A stretch of 63,954 nucleotides of DNA, the filler included, from Reticulomyxa filosa (lineage: Eukaryota > Protista > Foraminifera): NCBI GenBank assembly GCA_000512085.1. It is 17 parts of 17 records of this genome, joined end to end, with 100 filler letters (N's around TTAATTAATTAA, not from the genome) between each part and the next. Parts side by side here need not be neighbours in the genome. Positions count along the whole stretch, not along the records: positions 23,663 to 28,441 come from ASPP01033357.1; positions 28,542 to 30,899 come from ASPP01012526.1; positions 31,000 to 34,896 come from ASPP01036435.1; positions 34,997 to 36,922 come from ASPP01014192.1; 13 more parts are not named here. The stretch is one strand, 5' to 3'. The notes beneath the pieces were generated by a model, which was not told the DNA's origin, did not search any database, and was given only the letters and a program-made list of their open reading frames with translations. Shown one piece after another: positions 24,100 through 36,922 of the stretch. How positions within the stretch are numbered: the first letter of the stretch is position 1; each line of letters starts with the position of its first letter. Position numbers and translations under genes: made by a program.

Positions 24100-26800
24100 A
24101 AATATAGACTTGAAGGCAGCGACAAGTTCCACTGTATGCTGTTTGGGGCAGAATAAAGACAAATTACATGGCACCACAATGGAAATTTCAATTGTAGGTA
24201 CAATCAACTGACGCAATGACTTGCAATCATACAATAATCTTTTGTAAGTCAATTGGAGCCAAATTATCATATTACTCAGTGATAAAACTGCAATTCGAGC
24301 TGCCACAATAATATTTGGAATATGTTCATGCAATTGCCAGCACTTGTTTTTCTTCAATCTATCCTACAAAACTTCCAACATTTGCCGCATCACCAAAACA
24401 TACACAAAGTCCTGTTAAAATTCCACATGCAGCACAAGTCGCATACAAGACCACATACAAGATCTCCATCATGTGGATCTACTCTGCATACAATGTGATT
24501 TCATCATTATTCCCCGATTTCGACCACAATCTTTTCTCTCCAGCTCAATATCCTGCGGTGAAATTAACTGTAGCATGTGTTATCCATCGTGATCGGGCTG
24601 GGCGCGTTGACTAGGATAAAGGGCTTTTTAATGTTGGTCTCAAATTTGTGTTATATCGTGTTCGAATTTTCGTGAAATAATGTGGAAGATATACATATTA
24701 TATGCTATGAATTTCAATCTCAGTCTTTTGCGCTTAATCGTTGTTATGACCGACATAGTCAAGTTCATGTACGTATACGTCATTGAGAGCAAGCAAAGAT
24801 GTTCGGATTTAGGAAGTATTATTTCTCTTGCGCAATTGCAGCCCAACGTGCGAGCCTTCTTACAACGTGGAATACATTGGATATCGCCGTGACAATCCAT
24901 CCCCCCCCCCCCTAACAAATTGATTTACATAAGCCGCAACAATTGTATCAATATATTATCAATCGCATTTCCTAACAAGAGTCAAAGCTTTGATGCAATC
25001 ATGAAATGAAACGGTACCTCTATCGATAATATCAACAACACATCCCACAATGTCTACACACACGCATTTACACTACAGCTGTGAGCAACTATTGTTGTTA
25101 TGAAAACATTTTAGAGTTTTCTGGGATCGTGTAGATTTGATCAATTGTATTGATAATGAAAATAAGAGTGTGTCTGTATTACAAGTGACTTTAAATGCTG
25201 AACGGTGGTGGCGCAGTGACAAAGATTCCCCGGTTACAAGGCAGATGATCATTGAACTGACGAGACGAGCGACATAGATGAAGACATTGGTGAATTGAAG
25301 TTGTGTGGTAGTCCATTTATATCTGCATAACAATTAGCGAAGTTGTTGGTGCATGTTACATAACGTCGCAATACCTAACTGTGACAGTCTCGAGCGTATG
25401 CTATTATTTGTCGATATTTACATCAAGTGCAGCAAAAAGAAGTATATTTGATTTGTAGTCGTAATGAAGGATGTGATTGATTTGTGGAAATTTGATAGTA
25501 TACTCTCGGATGGAGGATGTCAATTATTTCATTGCAAAGATCCGTGTGGGTGAGTCTGGTTTCGTTACAGTCCTTTGACGTATCGAATCACATACTGTTT
25601 AAGAAATTGACCACAACAATGTCATTGTTTCAAATTTGGAATCACGCTATAATTTATTTTCTTGTGAAATGTGAGTAATTAATGCAGTTCGGAGCAATGA
25701 AAATGTTGAAAATGTTCCAAATGTGCATTGGTTGATCATAAATCTTGAATCACTTTTCAATTTGTGTGCCAACTATACGACATTATGCAAAATGGTTGGT
25801 CTTTATATATTCTCGAATGTTAGTCGGGCTTCGTGTGGCCAAGCAAGCAATGTTAAAATTCACCAGCACGTATTATAAAAAGGGTCGCACATTCAGTAAA
25901 ATGAATGCATACTCGACAATTCGGACGCTGCTCCAAAGCGTTGCACCACACAGTGCGCACAATCAATCATTCAAATCAATGGCCACAACTCACAAATCGT
26001 GTACCGACACAATGGAAGTGGTCAATGTTATTATTGACAAGTACAGGAAAATCAATTTGGCTATTCTTTGTTTGAGCAACAAGACAGTGATTCAAAAAGA
26101 TTCTTTTCCAAAACGAAGCATTGACCGAAGTGGAAAGTGTAGATTTTAAAAACAAGTTGTCAGAGCCATCCGTCGGCGTATAACACGTATAGCTATACTC
26201 TTGATTACTACAAAGTGACATATCTTTTGAGTATCAACTTATCATATTCCATTGCGGACTATAGCTTTGGCCGCTGTGCAAGCTATTGAAACCCTCGCAA
26301 GATTTGAACGTCTTGAGTACCTCCGATAATATTGCTGGCTCTCAAATTGCTCGCTCGCCAAATACTGAAAGTGATCAATCAACTTATTATTATAATACGG
26401 CTTCCAATTTGTCAATGCCATCATCGTTCGTTCGAATATGTGTATCATTGGGCAAAGGGCACTGCTGGGGAAAAGCATAGAAAATAGAAAAAAAAACAAA
26501 AGAATCGACTGGCTCTATTTGAAGGTTAGTGTGTTGATGTATATGGTTCGTGTCATATTTTTAATGGTTGTAATATATCTCAATCAAAGCCATGGACAAA
26601 CAATATTCGTGGTGACATTAGTGCAAAGACGCAGCTTGGATTTTCACCAATTGATGGGCTTTGGTTTTTTTTTGTGAGATTTGATGTGTCCCGAGATACT
26701 CAAAGCAGCTATAACTCTTCGCAAGTGTTACATAATCCAGCATCTTTGTAGAGAAAATGCGATTCAATATAAAGCAAGTGAAAAAAAAGGCAATGCTTCT
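24100..26800 (+). pseudogene. Heavily decayed coding-like region of uncertain identity
   Basis: Coding-like composition with short frames broken by stops; fragments PTKLPT..QSPVKIP and MEDVNYFIAKIRVGESGFVTVL. Confidence 0.3.
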
Positions 26801-26989
26801 CTACAGCAGCGTTAAATTACAAACAGCCAAAGTATTGAAATTAATGTTAAGTATTCCAATATAAATTATTAAAAAAAAAATATCTCATTTCATTTTTGTT
26901 TGTTTGTTTGTTTGAATAACAACAAATAATAACAACAAATAAAAAATAAAAAATAAAAAATAACAATAATTGAGTAAAGTCACCGTTCA

Positions 26990-27830
26990 ACTCGTCATTT
27001 GACAGGAACGAACAGCAGATAGCAAAACATCAATCCAAATGACGTGCAAATGTGGGAAGAGCCATTTGGCAAAAGAGTCAGCGGCCGTCAGCAACGAAAT
27101 GGTGATTTTGCTGGAATACATGGACATGGGTAGCGTATGCAACAGCTGCTTCCTCCAAAAGTCGCGAACATGCATTGAATACGTCACATCCGAGGAAATG
27201 AAACGTAGTGGACATAAGCAAATCACATTGGATCATTTGACTGTTGAACAATTGCGATTCATTCATTGTTCGACAAGTGCTATTTTGGAATTGTTTCATT
27301 TGCATAATCCTGCTTCGTCTACTAAGCCTTTGGTCCATCGCGATATCAAGCCGCGCAAAAATACCTTGCTCTCATGCAATGCAAATGGAGATGTGAAAAT
27401 TGCAGACTTTGGCTTATTATATATCAACTGCAATCTCCACAAGATATGTGCACGAATATGGATGGGATAATTAAAATATCTTGCACCGGAACGGGTCAAT
27501 GGCAACTGTTCCACTGGGCACGGACATTTGGGCTCTTGGCACCACCATGATTGAAATCTATTTGCAACAATTACTCCCCCCCCCACCACCGAAGACTTGG
27601 ACTTGTTCACCATTATCAAAGATGGAGCCCATTTGAATAAGTACTTTGACAGCAAGATCCCTTTGGAGTTGGTGTCTTTTGTAAAAGATTGCTTGACACA
27701 AGATCCTGCTCATCGTTCAAAGTGCCTTTGACTTGCTTCATCACACTCCAAACTAGTGATGATGGAGTCCTCAACTCGGAAATTTTTGAAAAAGGAGGTC
27801 CCGAAGACATGAACAGTGCGTTGCCAGTTA
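26990..27830 (+). pseudogene. MAP kinase kinase (STE7/MEK-like) pseudogene
   Basis: LLEYMDMGS, LVHRDIKP, GDVKIADFGL, KYLAPERV and DIWALG occur in shifting frames with stops. Confidence 0.8.
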
Positions 27831-29066
27831 TATACATATACATATGTACATATATATTTATATACATATATGTATACAACTTGTAAACTTCTTTTTTTCC
27901 CAATAACAGAAGTCCTGAAAGTGCTTGGGACGAATACACGCTATGATATGTCCCTCTCATGGAGTTGAACCTCTTTTTGCTGGAAAACCTTCTCGCACTT
28001 GCAAAGTCTTCAATATGTCCGCAAATTATCTTGATGAACATTCTGACTTACGCATGTGGAGGGAGGGACCCAATCACAGTCATGATGTTCTCAATTACAC
28101 TGGCTTCTACGCTGAGTAACATCTTTCTTTTATCTATTGTAATTCAAAATTAAAACCACTTTTCAAAATAAACTTGCCCCAACTACATTTTTTAAAAATA
28201 CTCTTGACTTATCCATATCTTCATCTGTTTTTCTCTTTCCTGAGTACTCAAAAATATGTCCACAAAGGGAATCTTCGCTCTTAAAAAAAAAGGTCAGATA
28301 TTATGTACTATTCGTTGCTCTATGGTGATAAACAAGAAGCAAAAGATGTAGATGCAAAGGATTGACAAATTTGATGAAATTGCAAATAAATTGAATTCAA
28401 TATCGAATAATAGATTTAATTTCATTTTTTGACTGTTCATTNNNNNNNNNNNNNNNNNNNNNNNNNNNNNNNNNNNNNNNNNNNNTTAATTAATTAANNN
28501 NNNNNNNNNNNNNNNNNNNNNNNNNNNNNNNNNNNNNNNNNAGTGAACTCCCGTAGATTAAAAATATTTTCAAATTGAATGGTAATGTTTCTCAAAAAAA
28601 AAGTTGTATTTTTTTAAAAGTTCTTTGAAACATTAAATATTGTTTGTGCTATTTCATCAAAATAAGGATGTCTCGTGTTAAAAGTAGTACTTTTATTGAT
28701 GTGCGGCTAAATACATTGGCTATGCACACGTAATATTTTCATCGAACCAAGTATTCGAATTATTGTTCATTCTGCACATTTTCCTCATTGATAAAGCTTA
28801 GTTCAGAAACTCGACCAATTGATCAGTGACATGATGAAATACAAATTGATGGAAAGTTAATTTTTTTTGTTAGTAAGTCCCTCCAACTAATAATGCCAAA
28901 TACGACAAAATTATCAATTTAACACAAGATTTATTTAAGAGTTTTTGTTGTACTTAAGCTCATTAAAAAAATTATTCAACAGTTTTTTCCTATTTGTTGG
29001 GGCATTTTGTCGTTTAAGTTAAACTATAATATCCTATTTTAATTTTTGTAAATGTCTCTATAATTA

Positions 29067-29285
29067 TTATGTTTTAATCTTTTGTCCTTGATTTTGCTTT
29101 GGATTCTCATCCTGATCCAGGAACACGGTGACCAATCTGATTTGATGTAGAATATCCTTTCGCACAAAAATATTGCTGTCCAAGTTTTGCCCTTTGCGTT
29201 GTTCTTTTTTTAGAAATTCCTTGAATACTTCTGCTGCTTCTTTCGTAGTGAGAAGTTGTGAGGATACCACCTGTAATGAATTCAT
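29067..29285 (-). CDS. Small 72-aa protein, possibly RNA polymerase I A14/Ker1-like
   Basis: Clean ATG-TAA ORF with two amphipathic helices (TKEAAEVFKEFLKKE; KDILHQIRLVTVFL); family assignment is by pattern only. Confidence 0.45.
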   Translation of the reverse strand: MNSLQVVSSQLLTTKEAAEVFKEFLKKEQRKGQNLDSNIFVRKDILHQIRLVTVFLDQDENPKQNQGQKIKT

Positions 29286-29990
29286 TAGACGTTCAATTAT
29301 GAATAAGTACTGTTATTTTGCAGTAAAAAAACTCAGAAAAAGGTGACGGCTCAACTACTAAAAAACACACGACGCAACTTGCGATATTCACATAACTAGA
29401 TGTGCATTGCAATGCTTCTAAAATCTTTGAACCTCTATCAAAGTTTACATGCCTGCATTGTTTACTGTTTTTTCGTAAAAAATGGTCTGTCCGACATAAA
29501 TTATATTGCTTCAATACAAACAAAACGAATAAAAGAGTGAAAAAGACGTTTATCTTCGATCATAACAAACGTTTGTTTTTGGAGATAATATTAAAATAGA
29601 AGGAGAAAAAATAATAATAAAAACAACTCCAAAAAGAACAAATGCATTCTACAACAATGCAAGCAAAAAAAAATTTGCTTGTTTAACGAAGAAAAAAAAA
29701 GTGATTCCTCTAGACACATTACAATTACCTTTTTGCCTCTTTTCGGAATATCTGAGGTTTCAAAATGATAAAATGTGTTAAAACAAAAAAATAAGACAAA
29801 ACAAAAAAACAAAAAAAAGAGAATCACAATACTACAAATAAAAATCAGATCTGACCGAATTACAAAAAAAAAAAAAAAATTTCAGAGATTGATGGAAGGG
29901 GAAGGAAGAGGGAAAAGATGTAAAACGTGAAAAAAAAAAAATAACAAAGAATAGAGGAAAAAAAAAGTCCAATAAAACCTTATAACCAAA

Positions 29991-30609
29991 TTATTTGTTT
30001 TCAATACTTTCCTCCATTTCTTTTCTTTTTCTTTTTAGATGACCTTTTTTGTGGGTCTTCTTGTGAGCATTAAGTCTGTTTCAATTAAAAGAGGAAAACG
30101 CCAAGCAACACATAAAACTAGCACTGGAAAAACAAACTACGTATACAATTTCTTTCGTCTTAACAAAAAAAAAAAAAAAAAAAAAGAATAAATAGAAACT
30201 GCAAATGATTTTTATGAAAAATCCGACCGCAAATATCACATTGAAAATTGCATTGATCATGAGATAAGACATGCCGTTTAATCTTGGTAAGGTCTTGAAC
30301 CGGTTTTCGACAATTGCACAGACAGTCATAATATTTGCGATGATGCGAGTCCTTCCAAACACGAATACGTGCATAAGCGGCATTACTCGGGGGAGGCTTA
30401 CTAGAAAACTCGGTCACAGTGGCACATAGTTCAGTGGATGCTTCGTCCAACTCGGTGCGAATACCTCCTCTTTGGAATCCCTTCGCTTTCGAATTGGGAT
30501 TGGCCTCGCATACCAGACTTGTTTTGTTACGTACATTCGCTATATCTTCTGTTTCATACCATCCACTGAACGTCAGCTCAGTTCTGTTCACATTTAAATT
30601 TGGGTTCAT
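29991..30609 (-). CDS. C2H2 zinc-finger protein; exons 30609-30200 and 30075-29991
   Basis: Splicing restores CDICGRIFHKNHLQ|LNAHKKTH; preceded by an atypical finger CLCNC..KIKRHVLSH and followed by a basic NLS-like tail. Confidence 0.8.
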
Positions 30610-30998
30610 CACACAAGCGTTTTTTTTTTTTTTTTTGAAATTGAATTGAATTTTTTTTTTTTAAAAAAGGTCCCTACCTGTCTTTAGATCTTTGAATAGG
30701 TTTTTTGTGACTATTTAGTTTTTTTGGTCTCCCGCGCTTTCGCTTGACAGCACTATTTGTGTTTAATGTTTTTTCACTCTGTGATATCGGTTCATTCCCC
30801 ACACTCTCCACTTTCCGTTCGGTTATCTTCATTGAGATTTTATGATGTGGTGTGTAAACTAAAAGACTAACCGCATTTCCCTCCTCCTTCCCCTCTTTCN
30901 NNNNNNNNNNNNNNNNNNNNNNNNNNNNNNNNNNNNNNNNNNNTTAATTAATTAANNNNNNNNNNNNNNNNNNNNNNNNNNNNNNNNNNNNNNNNNNN

Positions 30999-31700
30999 NG
31001 GCAAGAATGGAAGCAGATCTATTGGATGTTCGACGATATTTTTATTGGGAGGAGGAATCCATGGATATTGGAGTTTCTCTTGCCAATGGACATTTTTTCA
31101 CTCTTCTCAGTGATGTTCATTGGATTCAAAGTCATAGGTGCCATCGTGATCAAAAAAACCCGCATGAATAAGTGTCCAGTTATCCCATATATTGTTGGCA
31201 ATCTCGTTTTCTTTTCAAATGTTTGCTGATAGAAGAATAATTTTTTGAAAAAGAGTTTCGATCGTCATGGATGGTGCTATTGTATGCAAGTATTTGCAAG
31301 ATCTTCGCATGTCATGTCTTTTGTATTTGGAATTGGGATATGACTTTACTGCCCATTTTGATTGAATCCAATTCCCTTTTTTCAACCTTTTTGTGTTTGC
31401 TATTATTATTGTTGTTGTCAGCATTTTCGTACTGTCCATCGACATCATCACGAGGCCCATTATTCGTTTGGCTCTGACTTTTCTCATCATTTTCTTTCTT
31501 ATTCTTTTCTTTACTTTCATTTTCATTGTCATTCTCATTCTCATTGTCATTTCAGTCTTTATTGCATTTATACTATTTATCTCCAAGACCTCATACCAGC
31601 TACCATCATTCATTGTTATACCTGATTCAGAAATCAATATTAAAAAATGACCGAAATTATGGTATTGATAAAATTCGTTGGATTTTCGATTTGTTTTTAT
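30999..31700 (-). pseudogene. Frameshifted relic of a gene with an acidic/Asn-rich low-complexity segment
   Basis: ENENDNENESKEKNKKENDEK and YPWIPPPNKNIVEHPIDLLPFL lie in different frames. Confidence 0.35.
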
Positions 31701-32305
31701 CTAAATTTGTAAATTTATCAACATAATAGTTGAAAAAGAATTCAATTTTTGTTTTGATAAATTTGAATAATTACATCTTTTCTTAATTAATTACTTTTTT
31801 TTACATTGAGGTAAAATATTTTCCATTGTCAATTAAAATAAGAATAATGGTGAAATATCAATTTGAATTCATCAATTATTTTTTAAATATATCAGAAAAT
31901 AATTATCTACGCAACAACCCAATAACACAATGTAAACATAATAAGTGATAATATCTTTCATTGCAATGCATTGTTTATACAATTATATTTTTGAACATTT
32001 ATATTAATTACATACAATCACAGTCAAAGTGTTGTTTATGATTAGTGTAGCAAGAAGGTAAAGATTTTTTCATTAAATTACAATAGCTTATGATATATTT
32101 CATCAATTTATTTTGTTTGAAAAACATTGTAGTACATTTTGTAATGTCCTATTTCTAGATCATGCATATGTTGTTTCTTTGTCTTAAGATCCTTTTTAAG
32201 GTGACCCTTTAAAAAAAAAATTTTATTAAAAAAAATTTTGCAAATTTTATATAAATAATAAATATCTGAAATCAGACAAGTTAAGTAAACATAAAACATA
32301 TCAAC

Positions 32306-33465
32306 ATGAGTAATTTTGAAGCTGAAAATTCGAAAGAAAATCAAGGACTTGCTGAAACTGGAGTAACTCCGGTTCCCGTTGGTCATCAATGCTTTGGCAT
32401 TAATCCATTTGCGTTAAAAGTATCAGATTGTTGGTTTAAACAATTTGGATGTGAACATTGTTGTGTCGATGGAGATCTAGATCAACATTTGATTGACAAT
32501 AAGAAGCAGCATTTGATTTGGTAATTAAGAAATTTGAATCAACTGAACAAATTATTCAACAACAACTAGTTCATATCCTTTTCTCTTTGTCAATGCTGAC
32601 AAATATTATAAAATCAAATGACAATATAGAATGAAATTGAACAACTGAAAGAAAAATGTAAATTTAATTATGTCGAAGAAAAAAAAGAAAATGAATTATC
32701 TTTATTAAATCTTGGACTGGATCATTCAGCTGATCAATTAGTAGTTATTTATATAAATAAATTGCGTATGTTATTTTATTGTAATTTTATTATTTTCGAC
32801 TGTATTATTTGACAAAATTATTTACACAACAATATATCCAACAGTCAATATGCTATTAGACAAAATTGAAGAAGGAAATAAAAAATTATTTGTCAAAGAG
32901 ATTCAATGGAACGAAAAGCAGATGATAATGTGCATTTGATCATATGAAATATATAAATGTAGATTAAGTCCTAATCTACTGAACATTAATTTCATTGAAC
33001 ATAATACAATTTATAATGATAATGAATTTTGCAATGATTTAGTTGATTATGAGCATTTACACAAATTACCTATTGTTATTGATGGATTCTGGAAATATAT
33101 AATTGAATGTAGCGCAAGAATTGAAAAATGATGTCATTATAAGATCGCTGCAATTTATTCTAGGAGCTATATTAAATACAAAGATTTATCCTACTAGTGG
33201 AACATTATCCAAATTGAAAACAAGCGATATCCTGATATTATTTTGTCTTTAGATAATATTTTGCTCGATGAAAGTGAACCATTAAATCCATTTATTGTGG
33301 TTGACTATAAACTGCCAAATACATTAAATGTATTTAATAATATAACAGGTGTATTACAGAAGACTTGTGAACAAGGACTAATTGAAATGGAAATATTAAT
33401 AGACCAAAGTTAAATAAATCTTTTGATCTGTCATTATTTAAATTTTGATGATTCACCAACATGAT
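32306..33465 (+). pseudogene. TRAF/SIAH-type Zn-finger plus coiled-coil protein relic with possible C-terminal Ig-like (He_PIG-type) segment
   Basis: DCWFKQFGCEH...LDQHL...KQH; later YKLPNTLNVFNNITGVLQK; multiple stops and frameshifts. Confidence 0.5.
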
Positions 33466-34137
33466 AAAATCTTCTAAGTGTTGCATTACTTATTATGACA
33501 ATAGTTATAAAGTTCAGTTTGTTCTAATCATCTGTTTCCCTGTTTCAATAAAATAGCTGGATTTTCCCAAATTGATAATTTATTTTTTTGATTATCTTAT
33601 CATTTTTAAAAAATTTTATGCAAAACTCGCTTCTCCAAAAAGGATTTCATAATAATTTCGCACAAACATTGATAAAAGAGATTATCAAATCAAAATTAAA
33701 CAGGGAATGTTGCGTCAATATAACGCGGAACATCAAGTTACAAAGTGCGTATTTGCAAAATGTTGATGTTCATTATTTTACTTGCATTTGCACTGAAGAC
33801 AATTGCAATGGCTTTCAATTGTTCCCCAAAATAAAAAAAGATTACTACAAAAATGCCACAAAGCAGTCAATTTGTATGCCGTTGTAATCCGACGATGCAT
33901 TGAATATCATATTTTTTACCAATTGTCCGGAGTTTTTAATACATTGTTGTTCGGCAGCAATATCAACCCGCATTTTACAAACAATTACCCTTTGCAAGAA
34001 TATTGGAAAAGAGAAAGAAAAAACAAACAGTACAACAAAAAAAAGACCTGATATTGAGATATACCGTAAATGCCATCTAACGGCAATTACTTTTTTTTCC
34101 ATGAAAAAACAATACTTAATTAAAATTTTTAAAAATA

Positions 34138-34455
34138 TTATGTATTCATTAATTCATTTGATCCATATTTTACGCTCCTAATAACATATTCATGTCCTTT
34201 GAATACATTGAATTGTTTTGTTGTTTCAATATCCCATATTCGAATGGTTTTATCATATGATCCAGAACAAATGAATTGACAATTATCAAATGTTGAATAA
34301 AACATTCCATGCATAACCAGTGTTTCCAATAGATGTTTTAGGTAATTTGAGTTATGAAGTAAATGAAAAGCGAAAGCTGATTGTGATAAAGTAAAGATTG
34401 ATCTATTTCTTTCTTGTTTGCTTCTTTGTGTTGATGATTTAATTTTTTTAATCAA
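34138..34455 (-). pseudogene. WD40-family fragment (paralog of 2839-4213)
   Basis: ICSGSYDKTIRIWDIETTKQFNVFKGHEYVIRSVKYGSNEL, truncated. Confidence 0.75.
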
Positions 34456-34763
34456 TTGTTCGTAATCTTGAGTTAATTTGAAATTTTTCTCTTCATTTAA
34501 TCACTCCAGATGTTCTACAACAACATTTTTCAAAAACTAGTTTATTTTCTCTTGTGTTTTTGTTAATTGTTATCTCGAAATTTTCATTTTGCAAAGTCAA
34601 ACAATAATTTAATTGTAACAAAGTAAACTTTTTGTATCCTTCCAAGTAAAATATTCAATGAATATTTTTTGAAAATTCTTAAAAAAGTTCGTAAATTTCA
34701 AAATCAATTTAAAAACGATATGATATATTGCTACTTTAATTGTGCTTCTAATGGAAAAATCAA

Positions 34764-34889
34764 TTATCTCTGTATTGTGGCATTTACTCTGTATTTGATA
34801 ATAATTTGATCAAAATCATCGATCCGTCCTAATTTAATCTTTAAAGTTCGTATCCAATATTGGATAACAAATTTTATTTCATTTTCTGT
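34764..34889 (-). CDS. Terminal exon encoding the WIR module, most likely of a Kelch-family gene
   Basis: CAG|TENEIKFVIQYWIRTLKIKLGRIDDFDQIIIKYRVNATIQR*; matches the terminal exon at 5196-5083. Confidence 0.7.
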   Translation of the reverse strand, partial: TENEIKFVIQYWIRTLKIKLGRIDDFDQIIIKYRVNATIQR

Positions 34890-34996
34890 CTGTTAANNNN
34901 NNNNNNNNNNNNNNNNNNNNNNNNNNNNNNNNNNNNNNNNTTAATTAATTAANNNNNNNNNNNNNNNNNNNNNNNNNNNNNNNNNNNNNNNNNNNN

Positions 34997-35153
34997 TAAC
35001 CATGAAATTTGCCAACTTTTTTTAAGCATTTTCAGAAAGTTCTTGATGCGTAGATATTTTTTAAAAAAATTAGCCTTCTACGTTGCGTAGTTTTTGAGAA
35101 AACTCATCTATAAGGTGCCGTTTTATGTTTCAACTTTCATTTGCATTCTACTG
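34997..35153. mobile_element. MITE terminus
   Basis: ...GGTGCCGTTTTATGTTTCAACTTTCATTTGCATTCTACTG-TA, similar to 18478-18656. Confidence 0.7.
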
Positions 35154-35210
35154 TATTATGTTACAATGTGATATTATCATAATAAAAAACAAAGAACAAA
35201 GCATAACATA

Positions 35211-35605
35211 CGCATATTGCAGAAAAAACTAGAATACCTAAATGGCACATGTATGAATAGAATCGATTTTCTCCATGAAAAATCAATATTTAAACCTAAT
35301 TTTTAAAAAATATCTGCAAATCTTGTAGTTTTTAAATATTAAATTGGTTTTATAATAACTTTTTTCTAAGTTGGTTAAAATCAATGTTTTTTCATATGAT
35401 TTGAAAATTTCGCAGTAATGCATATAAATCAAACCTGTATTGTCAAGATGAAATTTTTAAATCTTTTTGTTTCTTTTTTAGGAGTCTTCAAGTCACGTAG
35501 ATACTTTTTTAAAAAATTATGTTTAAATGTTGATTTTTCATGGAGAAAATCGATTCTCTTCATACAGGTGCCATTTAGGTAGCCAGTTTTTTCTGCAACA
35601 TACTG
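35211..35605. mobile_element. Complete ~395-bp MITE with ~110-bp TIRs and TA flanks (Tc1/mariner-type)
   Basis: Left TTGCAGAAAAAACTAGAATACCTAAATGGCACATGTATGAATAGAATCGATTTTCTCCATGAAAAATCAA is a near-exact reverse complement of the right end, which finishes ...TTTTTTCTGCAACATACTG-TA. Confidence 0.85.
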
Positions 35606-36559
35606 TACTTAGATAGAATTAAATTATCGTTTATGAAAATATAAAAGAAAAACAAAGAAAAGTATTCAATTATGACTTTGTCATGAGTTTGTATGCATTA
35701 TCTTACTACATATTCTTTGGGCACGTTATAGCGTTTCTACGTGCATTTGAATAATTATAATTGTAATAATTGTCAGTATATATGCATTAATCTTTTTACA
35801 AATTCTTGATAACTGTCTTAAAACTTTTGTCATTTTCATATTTTTGGAAAATTGAACAAATAAACATTTGTTTTTTGATATTTTCTCAACATTTAGTTTG
35901 CTGCTTTTTTGTTGCCACGTCCCCACATGATCTGTATGTGCTATCAAGATCTCATTTTTGTTGATATATTCCCAAAGGTACAAGTTAAAGTGCTTTTCAA
36001 GCTTTCTGCTTTTCTCCAGAAAATTCTGTCGTCTGTGTCAGTCAACAAGCACTGAAATGTTGATATGATCAATTGTAAATTAGCCAAGATACTGACGTAT
36101 TTTTATGTAAACAAATACGTGTCTCTTGAATTTACGTTGAAAATAAAATAGTTTTTTTGAGATTTTAAATTAATACGAAACCACAGATATGAAAAGGTTG
36201 ACAAAAATAAGTTGATTTTTTCTTTTTTCCGGACTGGGTATCTTTTACGCGACGTATATAACTTTTTTCAGAAGTTGTACGTTGCATTTTTTTTTCAAGT
36301 ACAGCAAAAAAAGACTTTGGTCTAAAATTCTAATTATTTTTTGATTTCACTAATTACAACTTTAATTCTACTTTTTCGATGGCACAAAATATTAAAAGCA
36401 CTAGAGAAATAAAAGTGGGTCTTCTGAACAAAATGATATGTACTCAACTCTTGTAAGTACATGTAAAAGTGGTTATAGTTTTTTTCACAACCCTTGAGTT
36501 TGCTGTTTTCTTTTTCCTACGATTTTGAAATATTGCCTTGTTTTGTTTAGATTCCAAGC

Positions 36560-36922
36560 ATGGCAGACAATCAAGGTGTGTGGATTATTTCCAAAAAAAA
36601 ACAAAAAGAAAAGTGTTACAAGATCAATGCTGCTACTTTCCTAGCGTACCCCCCTCCCCCCTCTTTTTTTTTCTCCGTTCTTTCCTATCTCGTAAAAAAA
36701 AAAAAAAAAAAGAATATAACATTTTGGATAAAAAGTGTAATTCTTTGGATATGCTGGATGGTGAGTACAATATTGCTGATAGCATTTTCATGGCGAGTGC
36801 ATTTGTACCTTAAATTTCAACAAAACATATCCCGCCATTCGAGCCGTATGACAGTGTTGACACGTCGTTTATCGCAGCACGGTTCACGATCACGTACTCC
36901 TTCGCAAAAAGAGCAAAAAGAG
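36560..36922 (+). CDS. 5' part of a membrane protein; intron 36646-36735
   Basis: Splicing gives KINAATFLA|VILWICWMVSTILLIAFSWRVHLYL (TM helix); truncated by contig end. Confidence 0.5.
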
